NCBI RefSeq assembly: GCF_018350175.1
Contig: NC_058383.1
Span: 5,148,001-5,212,000, forward strand
DNA length: 64,000 nucleotides
Direction of reading: 5' to 3'
DNA from: Felis catus
Lineage: Eukaryota
In this document: positions 1-12,253 of the stretch, in pieces
How the letters are laid out: every line of letters begins with the position of its first letter
Numbering within the stretch: the first letter of the stretch is position 1
Made by a program: the position numbers and the translations under genes
Notes under the pieces: model-generated
Database searches by the model: none
Seen by the model: only the letters and a program-made list of their open reading frames with translations
Told to the model about the DNA's origin: nothing

Positions 1-600
1 GGACTAATATTGATACATTGTTATTACCTAAAGGCCATGGTTTACAATAGGGCTCTTTGTGCTGTATGGTTCTATGGGTTTTGCCAAATGCATAATGTGA
101 CCTGTATCCACCAGTACATTATCGTACACAATAGATTCACTGCTCTGAAAATCCCCTGTGCTCACCTATTCATCCCTCCCCTTGTCTCCCTGGACCCCTA
201 GCAACCACTCACCAATCTTTTTACTGCCTCCATAGTTTTGCCTTTTCCAGAACCTCGTATGGTTGGAATCATACAGCCTGTAGCCATTTCAGACTGGCTT
301 CTTTCACTCAGTAATACGCATCCAGTTTCCTGTATGTCTTTTCATGGCTTGATGGTTCCTGTTAGTGCTGAATAATATTCTGTTGTCTGTTTTATTTACC
401 ACAATTGATCTCTTCACCTGCTGAAGGACATCTTGTTTGCTTCCGGGTTTTGGCAATTATGAATAAAGCTGCTGCAAGCATTCATGTGCAGGTTTTCATG
501 TGGGTGTAGGTTTTCAACCCATTTGGGTCAATACCTGAGAGTATGATTGTTGGATTGTATTATAAGCGTATGATTAGCTCTGTGCAGAACTGCCAAATGT
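1..600 (-). mobile_element. Old L1M-type LINE-1 3' fragment
   Basis: Resembles antisense L1M 3' sequence (tagttttgccttttccagaa, gactggcttctttcactcag, ttttggcaattatgaataaagctgct). Confidence 0.7.
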
Positions 601-805
601 CTTTGCACGATTTTTATTTATGTGTATTTGGGAAGCTCTTCCCCCTTCACTGCAACTTTTGGCTGTTAAAAAACATTGATTATACAGGGGTGTGATGCCA
701 GAATGTTTATTTTGCTCTCTCATTTAATTATCCAGGATAGAAAGTCTCATTGGTCATTATTTTTTCATGATTGAGGTAAAAAAAAAAAAAAAATGTGTGT
801 TTCTT

Positions 806-2437
806 TAAATTTTTTATTTTATTTTTTAAATTTCCATCCAAGTTAGTTAGCATATAGTGCAACAATGATTTCAGGACTAGATTCCTTAGTGACCCTTACC
901 CATTTAGCCCATCCCTCCTCCCACAACCCCTCCCAGTAACCCTCAGTTTGTCCTCCATATTTATGAGTCTCTTCTGTTTTGTCCCCCTCCCTGTTTTTAT
1001 ATTATTTTTGTTTCCCTTCCCTTATGTTCTTCTGTTTTGTCTCTTAAAGTCCTCATATAAGTGAAGTCATATGGTATTTGTCTTTCTCTGACTAATTTCA
1101 CGTAGCATAATACCCTCTGGTTCCATCCACATAGTTGCAGATGGCAAGATTTCATTCTTTTTGATTGCCCAGTAATACTCCATTGGGGACATTTGGGCTC
1201 TTTGCAGACTTTGGCTATTGTCGATAGTGCTGCTATAACCATTGGGGTGTATGTGCCCTTTTGAAACAGCGTACCTGTGTCCCTTGGATACATATCTAGT
1301 AGTGCAATTGCTGCATAGTAAGGTAGTTCTATTTTTAATTTTTTGAGGAACCTCCATACTCTTCTCCAGAGTGGCTGCACCAGCTTGCATTCCTACCAAC
1401 AGTGCAAAAGAGATCCCCTTTCCCCGCATCCTCGTCAACATCTGTTGTTGCCTGAGTTGTTAATGTTAGCCATTCTGACACATGTGAGGTGGTATCTCAT
1501 TGTGGTTTTGATTTGTATTTCCCTAATGAGTGATGTTGAGCATTTTTTCACGTGTCAGTTGGCCATCTGGATGTCTTCTTTGGAGAAGTGTCTATTCATG
1601 TCTTTTGCCCATTTCTTCATTGGATTCTTTGTTTTTTGGGTGTTGAGTTTGAGAAGTTCTTTATAGATTTTGGATACTAACCCTTTATCTGATATGTCGT
1701 TTGCAACTATCTTCTCTCATTCCATCAGTTGCCTTTTAGTTTTGCTGATTGTTTCCTTTGCTGTGCAGAAGCTTTTTATCTTGATGAGGTCCCAGTAGTT
1801 CATTTTTGCTTTTGTTTCCCTTGCCTCTGGACACGGTGTTGAGTAAGAAATTGCTGCAGTCAAGATCAGAGAGGTTTTTGCCTGCTTTCTCCTTGAGGAT
1901 TCTGATGGCTCCCTGTCTTACATTTAGGTCTTTCATCCATTTTGAGTTTATTTTTGTGTGTGGTGTAAGAAAGTGGCCCAGGTTCATTCTTCTGCATGTC
2001 ACTGTCCAGTTTCCCCAGCACCACTTGCTGAAGAGACTGTCTTTCTTCCATTGGATATTCTTTCCTGCTTTGTCAAAGATTAGTTGGCCGTACATTTGTG
2101 GGTCCATTTCTGGGTTCTCTATTCTGAGAAATCAATTCCATTGATCTGAGTGTCTGTTCTTGTGCCAGTACCATACTGTCTTGATGATTACAGCTTTTGT
2201 AGAATAGCTTGAAGTCTGGGATTGTGATGCCTCCTGCTTTGGTTTTCTTTTTCAGGATTGCTTTGGCTATTTGGGGTCTTTTCTGGTTCCATACAAATTT
2301 TAGGATTGTTTGTTCTAGCTCTGTGAAGAATGCTGGTGTTACTTTGATAGGGATTGCATTGAAATGTAGATTGCTTTGGGCAGTATTGACATTTTAACAA
2401 TATTTGTTCTTCCTATCCAGGAGCATGGAATATTTCT

Positions 2438-2478
<41 letters not shown>

Positions 2479-2990
2479 GTCTTCAGTTTCTTTCATTAGC
2501 TTCCTATAATTTTCAGCATATAGATTTTTCACCTTTTTGGTTAGATTTATTCCTAGATATTTTACGGCTTTTGGTGCAATTGTAAATGGGATCGATTCCT
2601 TGATTTCTCTTTCTGTTGCTTCATTGTTGGTGAACAGGAATACAACTGATTTCTGTGCATTGATTTTATATCCTGCAACTTTGCTGAATTCATGGATCAG
2701 TTCTAGCAGGTTTTTGGTGGAATCTTTTGGGTTTTCCATATAGAGTATCATGTCATCTGCGAAGAGTGAAAGTTTGACCTCCTTCTGGCTGATTTGGACG
2801 CCTTTTATTTCTTTGAGTTGTCTGATTGCTGAGGCTAAGTACTAATGTTGGATGGCGGTGGTGAGAGTGGACTTCCCTGTCTTGTTCCTGACCTTAGGGT
2901 GAAAGCTCTCAGTATTCCCCCATTGAGGATGATGTTAGTGTTGGGTCTTTCATATATGGCTTTTATGATCTCAAGGTATGATCTTCTATC
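806..2990 (-). mobile_element. 5'-truncated carnivore/felid L1 (3'UTR plus 3' part of ORF2, frameshifted)
   Basis: Minus ORFs with L1 ORF2 motifs ([64 protein letters not shown]); T-rich tail at about 806-830; degenerate TSD gtaaaaa..gtgt at both ends. Confidence 0.92.
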
Positions 2991-3124
2991 CGTAAAAAAG
3001 GTGTATCTTTTAAGATCTTTAAATGGTTGGTGGTTTGATTTAAAGTTCAGTATTTTATTTAGAAATGTCAAGTAATATTCAGGAAGAGAATTCAATTTTG
3101 ATTAGCTTTTTGACATAGTAATAT

Positions 3125-3280
3125 ATATTACCCTATTCATAGGCAAGGAAACTGAGGCACAGAGAGGTTAGGTAAGTTGCCCATGGTGACACAGCTAGTA
3201 AGAGGCAGAGACAAGCTTTGAGACACAGGTTGTCTGGCTGCAAAATTCAGGCTCCTAATTACTCAATCATGTTGCCTCTG
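3125..3280. mobile_element. MIR SINE fragment
   Basis: Core gaaactgaggcacagagaggttaggtaagttgcccatggtgacacagctagtaag. Confidence 0.8.
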
Positions 3281-3343
3281 TACTTAATGTATTGCATTCA
3301 GGATCTGAGTTGAGGACTTAACATGTCTATAGCCACCTTTTAG

Positions 3344-3745
3344 CAGTGGTTCTCAAATTCCAGTGTTAAACAGAATCATTTGGGATGCTTGTTAAAATTC
3401 AAAGCCCTAGGGGTGCCTGGGTGGCTCAGTCAGTTAAGTGTCTGACTTTGGCTCAGGTCATGATTTCGTAGTTCTGGAGTTTTAGCACCTCATCGGACTC
3501 TGTGCTGATAGCACAGGGCCTGCTTCAGATCCTTTCCTCCCCTCCACCCTGCCCCTCCCCAACTTGCGTGCACGTGTGTGCACACACACACTCTCAAAAA
3601 TAAACGTGAAAAAAAATTCAGAGCCCTAGGCTTCATACCCGGAGGTTCTGATTTGATAGGCACGTGATAGGAACCCTGTTTCAGACAAGTACCTCCAAGT
3701 GATGTTGATGGAGAGGGTGGCAGACCACGTGTGCAAGACATTGCT
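3344..3745. mobile_element. MER5A-like hAT DNA transposon interrupted by a CAN-SINE (3410-3613, +)
   Basis: cagtggttctcaaa...cagaatca start and ttctgattt..agg continuation; SINE flanked by TSD aaaattca(a/g)agccctagg at 3394 and 3613. Confidence 0.75.
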
Positions 3746-4379
3746 CTAGGAAATGGGCTGGAGTCCATGACTCAACCATAACCCCTCAGATAAGAATTCC
3801 AGAGAGCTGGCCGAGCGGCTCTTCTGTGTAGTTTTGCTGGATGGAGTCAGGGAATAGTCCTTTACCACTGTCTGTAAGCTGCATGCTGCTGCAGAAGCTC
3901 TCCCGTGGTTCCTTGGTGGTCACCAAACAGTGACAATCGTGGGTTGACACGTTGGTCATCAGAGAGGGTTTATATATGAAGGCAGAGGCGGATCTGGGGA
4001 GGAGGACAGTACCATGCGAGTGTAAAAACAAAGCAGTTAGCTTAAAAACTTCCCATGACTGCTCTAATGCTGACTCTGTTGCTGATTTTATCTGTTATCT
4101 TTGTATTTTGCAAAAATTCTTCCCTTTCTCATCGGGTGAAAGATGTGTGTGCCTAAGGTGGGAGGGGACTTGGGGGCAGAGTAAGCCACAGCCCGTAAGG
4201 AGGAAGGAGCAGTGTGTGTACCTCAGGCCAGATTGTCCTCAGGTCGCCCTGGGTGGACCAGCATTGGCTCTGTGAGGGTGTGGCAGGTTCTTAGAAGGCC
4301 ATTTTAGTGCCTTTTGCAAGACGTTCTTCCTTCTCTTTCTTGAGGATGACAGGAGATCACTTATCCATAAGTAGACTTT

Positions 4380-4830
4380 CAGGGCAGGTAAATACAGCGC
4401 TCACATGTTAGGTGTGCATAGAAGTCAAGCTGTTGCGCGTATCTGCGCATACACTCACTCGTGTAACTACCACCCCGATCAAAATCCGCACGAGGCACCC
4501 TTCTCCTTCGGCACCGTCCCCTGCTTCCCAGATGAACCGCTCTCCTGACTTCCGTCCCACAGACTCGTGCCCGTTCTTGGCCTGTTCCGGCCGTACCTGT
4601 GTCCGGCGTCTTCAACTGAAGCTTGCGTCGGGCGCTGCATTACTTCCTGAGGCCTAATAACATTCTGTTGTGTGGATGGGCCACGCTGTGGTTATCCGTT
4701 CATCTCGCGAGGGGCACCTGTGTTGTTCCTGGGCTTTGGCCGCTGTGACTGATGCTGCTGTGAACGTGGGCCTTCCGTCAGTGTGGACCCGTGTCCCGGC
4801 TCTCTCGGGAAGTCCCCGGGGAGGGACCGT
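4380..4830 (-). mobile_element. Degenerate, GC-shifted L1M 3' fragment
   Basis: ttatccgttcatctcgcgaggggcacctgtgttgtt...gatgctgctgtgaac aligns by eye to the L1M 3' motif also seen at 390-480. Confidence 0.55.
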
Positions 4831-5112
4831 AGGGCTGGGTGCGGACTTCGGACGAGCTGCCGAAGCGGCCTCGTTGCCCTTCTTAAATGACTTTCTTCTC
4901 TGCGTTATTTTCCCCTTTGGGTTTAAACTGTTGTTGTTTTCCTAATCTCTGGAGGTGAATGCTTAGTGTATTTTCAACTTAACTTTTTTCTGAAATACGT
5001 GTTTTCAGTTACAACTGCTTGTTTACTAGCACGCAGGCATCGGTATTTTCATTATTTTCACCTCAGAATTTTCTCATTTACTTTAAATCTTCTTGGACCA
5101 GTGTGTTTGTTT

Positions 5113-5306
5113 TCTTTTTTTAACATCTATTTATTTCTGACAGAGCGTGCGCAAGTGGGGGAGGGACCGACACACACAATCGGAAGCAGGCTCCAGCCTC
5201 CGAGCTGTCGGCACAGAACCGGATGCAGGGCTCAAACCCACAAACTGTGAGATCATGACCTGAGCTGACGTCGGACGCTCAACCGACTGAGCCTCCCGGG
5301 CGCCCC
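5113..5306 (-). mobile_element. CAN-SINE (SINEC)
   Basis: tRNA-derived head ggggcgcc.gggaggctcagtcggttgagcg on minus; A-rich tail. Confidence 0.9.
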
Positions 5307-6139
5307 CCAGTGCGCTCTTCAGAATGGTGCTTCTCAGTTTCCAAACACATGTTTGTTTTGTTTTGTTTCTAATTTAACTATTTTGTGGTCAGAGAATGTG
5401 CTCTTCATGGGACCGATTTTCTTTTTGGTAAGAGGTCCGTGCGGGAAGCCCTAAAGCATGCCGAGGATTTGGAGCATGAAGGGGTAGTGTGTAAGCCAGA
5501 CAACTGGGCGCTTGCCATAGCCCTGGCCCCCGGCTACAGCCTGGGGCTTTAGAATGCAGTCACCAAAGGAACGCCTTCCTGGTGAGCCCTGGAACCGCTG
5601 GGTCCCCGGTACGTCCCGGGGACTGATTCAGGAGGCCGCTGCTCCCGCAGCATCCCCCGTCCCCAGGAAGCTGGAGCCTGAGCGGGAGCCCAGAACCCTC
5701 GGGGCGAGAACCCTCCGCGTTCCTGGCCTTGCTGGCCAGCCAGGTGAGGCGAGAGGAGGAGCTCTTGGGAGATCACTACAGCCTAATTCATCCTTGGCAA
5801 CCCACGTGTAAGGGTCCGGGGATGGCATTTTGGGCTTGCTCACCTCTGCTTCATAGCGAGGCCCCCGCAGAGGCCGAGCAAGCCAATTTGTTGTGTTTAT
5901 CACGCCAGTCCTCTGAGATTGATTGACTTTCTTTAAGTGGACCAGTTTGCAGTCACTTTGCGTGAATGTGTATCATACAGCTGTCGGGTGTGGGGATCTG
6001 AGTGAATCTCAGTTTCCATCAGTTGTAAGATGCGGCATGATTTTGTGTGCCACTAAAAAGAAAAGAGCTGCTCGTCAAACCAGACTTCATGATTTCTTCT
6101 CACTTAGAATTTTTCATTTATACCGATTGAGTTTTTAAA

Positions 6140-6348
6140 CTTTGTTTGTTTGTTTATTTATTTTGAGAGCAAGAGAGTATGAGTGAGCAGGGGAGGGGCA
6201 GAGACAGAGGGAGAGAGAAGGATCCCCAGCAGGCTCCATACTGTTAGCACGGAGCCCGACCTGGGGCTCGATCCCACAAACCTTGAGATCGTGACCTGAG
6301 CCGAAATCAAGAGTCAGATGCTTAACTGACTGAGCCACCAGACGCCCC
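6140..6348 (-). mobile_element. CAN-SINE
   Basis: SINEC head, CT-rich region and tail on minus. Confidence 0.9.
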
Positions 6349-7191
6349 TAAACTTACTTAAACATTGATTTTTATAACTTTTTTTCTGTTGTGCATACAT
6401 GTAAAAAGTAAAATATGAGCAAAATACATTGGTCAGGGTATTCCCAAAACTTCTTCACAGGGTCCCACTCTTCAGAATCACTCTAGGGAGAGAGTATTTG
6501 TGTTTTTCTACACAGCCTGTCCTCTGTGCCACCAAAGGCATGGGTCACACAGCATTTCTCCAAAGGGTACTGCTTTATCACCTTTGGAAGTTTTCAAAAG
6601 CTAAGTTTTTATGCTGTGCATTGGTGATTCTACCACAAGGTATCAGTGAAAAGTTTGAAGCAATAACCAAGCAATAACCCTTCATCAGATGGTTCTTAAA
6701 TTGTGTGTCTGTGACAGAAACATCAAGTTCAGTCATGCCTCTAGCAATAATAAGCATATTCACAGATAAGGCGGTGACCTGTATATGTCACAGTTAATTT
6801 CAAAGATGTTAAAATGTGGGGAAAAAATGTGCGTCTTAAAATTGTTGAAGTACATTATGTCCATTAGCGCAAGCTTGTGAATTACGTTAGTCGAATCTGT
6901 ATCTTTGCTTTTTTTACTTTTGGGAAAAGTGCCATTTTTATATATATGTCAATTTTTGCTTTGTATATTCTGAGCCTGTGTTGTTAGTGGCATACAAATT
7001 CAGTCTTGTTAGTTGTGTAATTAATTGAACAATATGTCATTGTGTAGTGACTTTATCTTTGATCTCCTGTGTTACTTCAGTAGTAGCAACTTACCTTTGG
7101 TTTCTCTGGCACGGCATTGTCCCCTTTCACCTTAAGTCATTAGGCATTCTTCTATTTTGTGGGTGCCTCTTGTAGAGAACATTTAGTAGGA

Positions 7192-7375
7192 TTATTTTAT
7201 TTTATTGAGAGCATGAGCAGGGGAGAAGGGCAGAGGGAGGGAGAGAGAAAGTCTTAAACATGTTGCATGCTCAGTGCAGAACCCAATGCTGGGCTTGATC
7301 CCATGACTGTGAGATCATGACCTGAGCTGAAATTAAGAGTTGGGTGCCCAACCGACTGTGCTACCTAGGTGCCCC
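7192..7375 (-). mobile_element. CAN-SINE
   Basis: SINEC head; TSD-like tagtaggatt / tagttggatt. Confidence 0.85.
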
Positions 7376-7449
7376 TAGTTGGATTTTTTTTTTTTTTTAA
7401 GTCCAGGTTTTTAAACTTGGCCCTTTTTCCATTTATGTTCATTGTAAAC

Positions 7450-7890
7450 CTATCAGTTATTTGTTGCTGCATAACGTAACAAAATATCCCTAAGTAAATA
7501 TCTTTAAGTGACAATGGTTTATTTTGTGCCACCATTCTGTAAGTTGGCCGACACGTCTCTAGTCTGGGCCCACACACATGGCGGCATTTCAGCTGGCAGG
7601 TCAGCAGGTCCTCTCAGATGGCCTCACTCCATGGCAGGGGCCTCGTTGAGGGCTCAGTAGAGCTGGGTGCACCTGCTGGGACGCCTGGGACTCTCCCCGG
7701 GTGCCACTTTCCACAGGTTGCATTCTCGAGGGTGCCAACCTCGGCTTCTCCAGCACAGTGGTCTCAGGGTTCCAAGATAGCAGAGGTACCTGACCTCCTG
7801 GGACCTGGGCTCCGGGCCCTACACAGCGTTACCTCTTGGTCAGAGGAAGTCCCCCGGTCAGGCCAGATTTGTCCAGGGGGAACTGCCACG
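7450..7890. mobile_element. MLT1-like (MaLR) LTR fragment
   Basis: tatcagttatttgttgctgcataac... start and atggcctcactc motif resemble MLT1; degenerate. Confidence 0.5.
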
Positions 7891-8424
7891 TATCATTGAT
7901 TTGTTCTTCATTCTACCACAGTAACCCCGAATCTATTTGGATTTCTTTTCTACCCCCATGTTTTATGTTTTGTATTTCTTTCTGTTTATTTTATTTTGAT
8001 TCCAGTATAGTTAACATACAATGTTATATTAAATTCTCGTATACAATATAGTAATTCAAGTGTTTTGTATTTCTAATGGATTTTATGTGCTCCTCTGTTC
8101 TTTTTTGGGTTTTTCTCTTTTTCTCCTGTTGGAGTTTTTCTTCCTCTGTCCCAGTTTGGGCGTATTAACTCTATTCCGATCCCTTTCTTGCTTGGCCTAG
8201 AAATGTTAAAGTGCATTTTTAACTTGCCACATCTAAAGTCGATCATGTGTACCCTCATTCTTAGAATGCTGAGAACTTTAGAGCAAATTCCTTTTCCTTT
8301 TACGTGCTATTGTTGTGAAGTGTTTTGCTTCTGTCTTGTATTTGCTGAGACATTATTGAGTCCATTTTTCTTTAGGTTTTCTCTGTAGGTTTCCCTCTGG
8401 CATTGCCCTTCTCCTGTCTTGAGT

Positions 8425-8661
8425 CTTTTTTTTTTTTTTTTTTTTACATTTATTTATTTTTGAGAAACAGAATGAGACGGAGCGTGAGTGGGGGAGAGGC
8501 AGAGAGAGAAGGAGACACGGAATCCGAAGCAGGCTCCAGGCTCTGAGCAAGCGGTCAGTACAGAGACAGAGCTTGATGTGGGGCTCGAACCCACGAACCG
8601 CGAGTTCATGACCTGAGCCAAAGTCAGACGCTCAACCGACTGTGAGCCACCCAGGCGCCCC
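8425..8661 (-). mobile_element. CAN-SINE with TSD
   Basis: TSD ctgtcttg(a/g)gtctttt on both sides. Confidence 0.92.
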
Positions 8662-9664
8662 TGTCTTGGGTCTTTTGATTGAGGCTCGTTCTTTGACAGC
8701 TTCCCTTCTTGATGGTGCACTGGTGCAAACTCCTTGAGTTTTTGTCTGTCTAAAAGTGGTATTTCACCAAATCCAAAGATGGCTGGGCAGGGAATGGGTG
8801 TCGTGGGGCAAACAGAGGTGAGCATGATGGAGGGCGAAGGGAGGTGACCGGGACAGGAGGGTCTGCACAGGTTTGAGCGGTGGACCCAGAGCACTCCCTG
8901 TGCAGAAGCTTGGGCTGCGTCGAGCTTCTCACTTTCTTCCCACAAGGTGGGTTCTCTACGGCCCTGACAGGAGGGCCACCGCTGCCCCCGACCTGACCAG
9001 CACCCAGCATGGCTAACGCGTGCCCCACCCTGTTAGCCATGTGAACCCTGCTGTATCAGCTCACTGAGAGCAGTTCTTCGCGGTGATGAGACACTGGAGC
9101 TTACCTAAGAGCTCACAGCCTTCGTTTATGTTCTTCGTGTAATCTCCTCACATCGGTAGTAGCGAGGAACTTGTGCTAATTTAACCTGTTCCTTTAGTGT
9201 TACAGGGCAGGTATTTGTCTATGTGGGCTAAACCACAACCTGTACAGATTTCCCATTTAATGAATCAGCAGGACCAGATGCCAAGCCCATGCTTTGGCCG
9301 TGTTGTACGTGCCCTGTGGAATTGGTCTACCTCTGAGCTGACCAAAATGCTAAAAAAACAACAAAGAAACCCAATCCTAACAAAAATGTTGGTGTGGATT
9401 AGTAATCAAGGTAAAATGTAAGGGTAAGTGACATTACTTTTGATTAGGACTAGGTAGCCAAAAATGTGCATTTGTGAGTTAGCTGCATGTGACTATTTGA
9501 ACTCCCTGTTATCACAGTTTTGTGCACTGGATAATTTGTTAGCTATCTCACATTTGACATATTGTGACTAAAATGTAGTGACAGTTTCTGGGCACAATTT
9601 GTATTTGGGGAACATTATTTTCCCCTGGAAGAAGTTAGAGAGCCACTGATTAACTTAATTGAAG

Positions 9665-9665
<1 letters not shown>

Positions 9666-9732
<67 letters not shown>
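9666..9732. repeat. (TG)n microsatellite, about 33 units
   Basis: Perfect TG run. Confidence 0.98.
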
Positions 9733-9735
<3 letters not shown>

Positions 9736-9879
9736 AAGTTGGTAAGGGAGTCATTAGACGTAATTTATAAGTTGCATCTACGTAGATTGGGATCTGTTCG
9801 ATAACCAGATTGTTAATATCATTTGAAAATTAGAAAATACTTAATTCTGAGATACCATTTGCTTATATTTTATTTTTTA

Positions 9880-10663
9880 ACCTTTTTTTTGGATGTTTAT
9901 TTTTTTATTTTTTTTTTTCAACGGTTATTTATTTTTTGGGGGACAGAGAGAGACAGAGCATGAACGGGGGAGGGGCAGAGAGAGAGGGAGACACAGAATC
10001 GGAAACAGGCTCCAGGTTCTGAGCCATCAGCCCAGAGCCTGACGTGGGGCTCGAACTCACGGACCTGCGAGATCCGTGACCTGGCTGAAGTCGGATGCTT
10101 AACTGACTGCGCCACCCAGGCGCCCCTGGATGTTTATTTTTGAGAGAAAGAGACAGCGTGAGTGGGGGAGGGGCAGAGAGAGAAGGAGACACAGAATCCA
10201 AAGCAGGTACAGGCTCCGAGCTGTTAGCACAGAGCCTGATGTGGGGCTCGAACTCAGGAACCGTGAGATCATGACCTGAGCTGAAGTCAGACGCTTAACT
10301 GACTGAGCCACGCAGGCACTCCGATTCTAAAGTTCTTGATACAGTACTGTGTACTCTATTTTGGTGGGTTATTTTAGTAGTATTGATTGATTGATTGAGT
10401 GTGTGTGTGGGGTGCACTTGAGTGGGGGGTAGGGCAGAGAGAGTGGGGGAAACCATCTCAAGCAGGGTTCACACCCAGCTCCAGGCCTGACCTGGGGCTT
10501 GATCCCACGACTGTGAGATTGTGAACTGAGCCAGAATCAAGAATCAGATGCTTAACCAACTGAGCCACCCAAGTGCCCCAATAGTTTAAAAAAAATTTTT
10601 TTTGAAATGTTTATTTACTTTTGAGAGAAAGAGTTGGAGGACAGGCAGAGGCGGGGGGAGGGG

Positions 10664-10699
<36 letters not shown>

Positions 10700-10818
10700 C
10701 TGAAGCAGGCTCCAGGCTCTGTGCTGTCAGCACAGAGTCCTGATGTGGGGCTTGAACTCACAAACCGCAAGATCATGACCTGAGCCGAAGTTGGATGCTC
10801 AACTCACTGAGCCCCCCA
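9880..10818 (-). mobile_element. Cluster of four CAN-SINEs (about 9905-10126, 10127-10322, 10385-10580, 10595-10818)
   Basis: Four SINEC bodies; the first is the young felid type nested in the tail of the second. Confidence 0.9.
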
Positions 10819-11874
10819 GTAGTTTTTAAATGGTTGTGGTTTTAAGATATTCTGTGCCTTCATCCCTCTGCCATCAAATGATATTAAACCACTTTACATC
10901 TAAGATGAGAGCCTTCAATCTCTGTACACTGATTTCTCCTCTCCCAGGCTTTGTGCTGTTTTATGTTTTTGTATGTTATTAACCTGACCCATTTTGTTAT
11001 TTTCGCTTTAAGCAGTCCCAGTAAATCACTTAAAGAGACTCCCATCTCAAGGGAACAGTGTTTATACACATAGTCACTGTTTTACGGTACTCTGTATTCT
11101 TTTGTGGAGATACAGATTTTCATCTGGGATCGTTTTTTTTCCCCCTGCCTGAAGGACTTTGACATTTCTTACAGCACAGACCGCATCGTGATGAATTCTT
11201 TCAAGTTTCTATGTTTGGAAATGTCCGTCTCTCCTTTTTTGAAAGACACTTTGTACGAAGGGTATCGAGTTGTGTCTGGCGTTTTTAGTAGCCATTTTGG
11301 GCAGGAGGCAAGTGTAGCCCCTCTTATCCACCGTGGCTGGAGGCAGAGACCTCGCTTACACTCTGGAATTGGATCCATACAGTCCTGGCCGCAGCACACA
11401 GACCTCACCACCCGTGAGCTGCCGTGCTTCTGCCGATCTCCATCCGTGTAGGTTCGAGCCTGAGAAAGGACCGAACCGAGGCTGCGTCCCCCGAATCTGC
11501 TCTTCGTGCTCCCTGGAAAATGTCACCGGCAGCACTTGGCCACCGAAACGGGGAACTCCTTGCCTTCTTTCCACAGTGCTTTTCCCTCATGAAAACACTT
11601 CCATTTGCTGAAACCGCACCTGCTTTGTGGCTGACGTAGACTCGTTCTCCTGTGGAGCTTGGGGTGATCATAAAATAGTGAGTGCCTCCAGCCTCCGCCG
11701 TCATTCTGCAGGTGAAGAACTGAGTCCCGGCTGACGAAGGGCTTTACTCAAGCCTGTCTCCGGAAAATCGGGATTCCATTTGGAAGCTCGTGATAGGAGC
11801 ATTCAGTCGAAGTGATCTCGCTGACTTTTACCAGTAATTTCCAGTGAGTTTGCTTTTGTATTTTTTTAAAAAAG

Positions 11875-12253
11875 GCTTTTTTTTTTTAAAGTTTATTTTG
11901 AAAGGGGGGGAGAGAGAATCCCAAGTGGGCTCTGCACGGTCAGCAGAGAGCCCAATGCAGGGCTCGAACTCATGAACCATGAGGTGATGACCCGAGCGAA
12001 ACCAAGAGTCAGATGCTTAACCTACTGAGCCACCGGGTGCCCCCCAAATTTGCTTTTTTTAATGTTTATTTTTGAGAGAGGCAGAGTGTGGGGAGGGGAG
12101 GGGCAGAGAGAGAGGGAGACACAGAATCCGAAGCAGGCTCCAGGCTCCGAGCTGTCAGCACAGAGCCCGATGCGGGGCTCGAACTCACAAGCCATGAGAT
12201 CATGACCTGAGCCAAAGTTGGACGCTCAACAGACTGAGCCACCCGGGCGCCCC
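11875..12253 (-). mobile_element. Two tandem CAN-SINEs
   Basis: TSD aaatttgcttttttt at 12046 and 12255. Confidence 0.9.
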
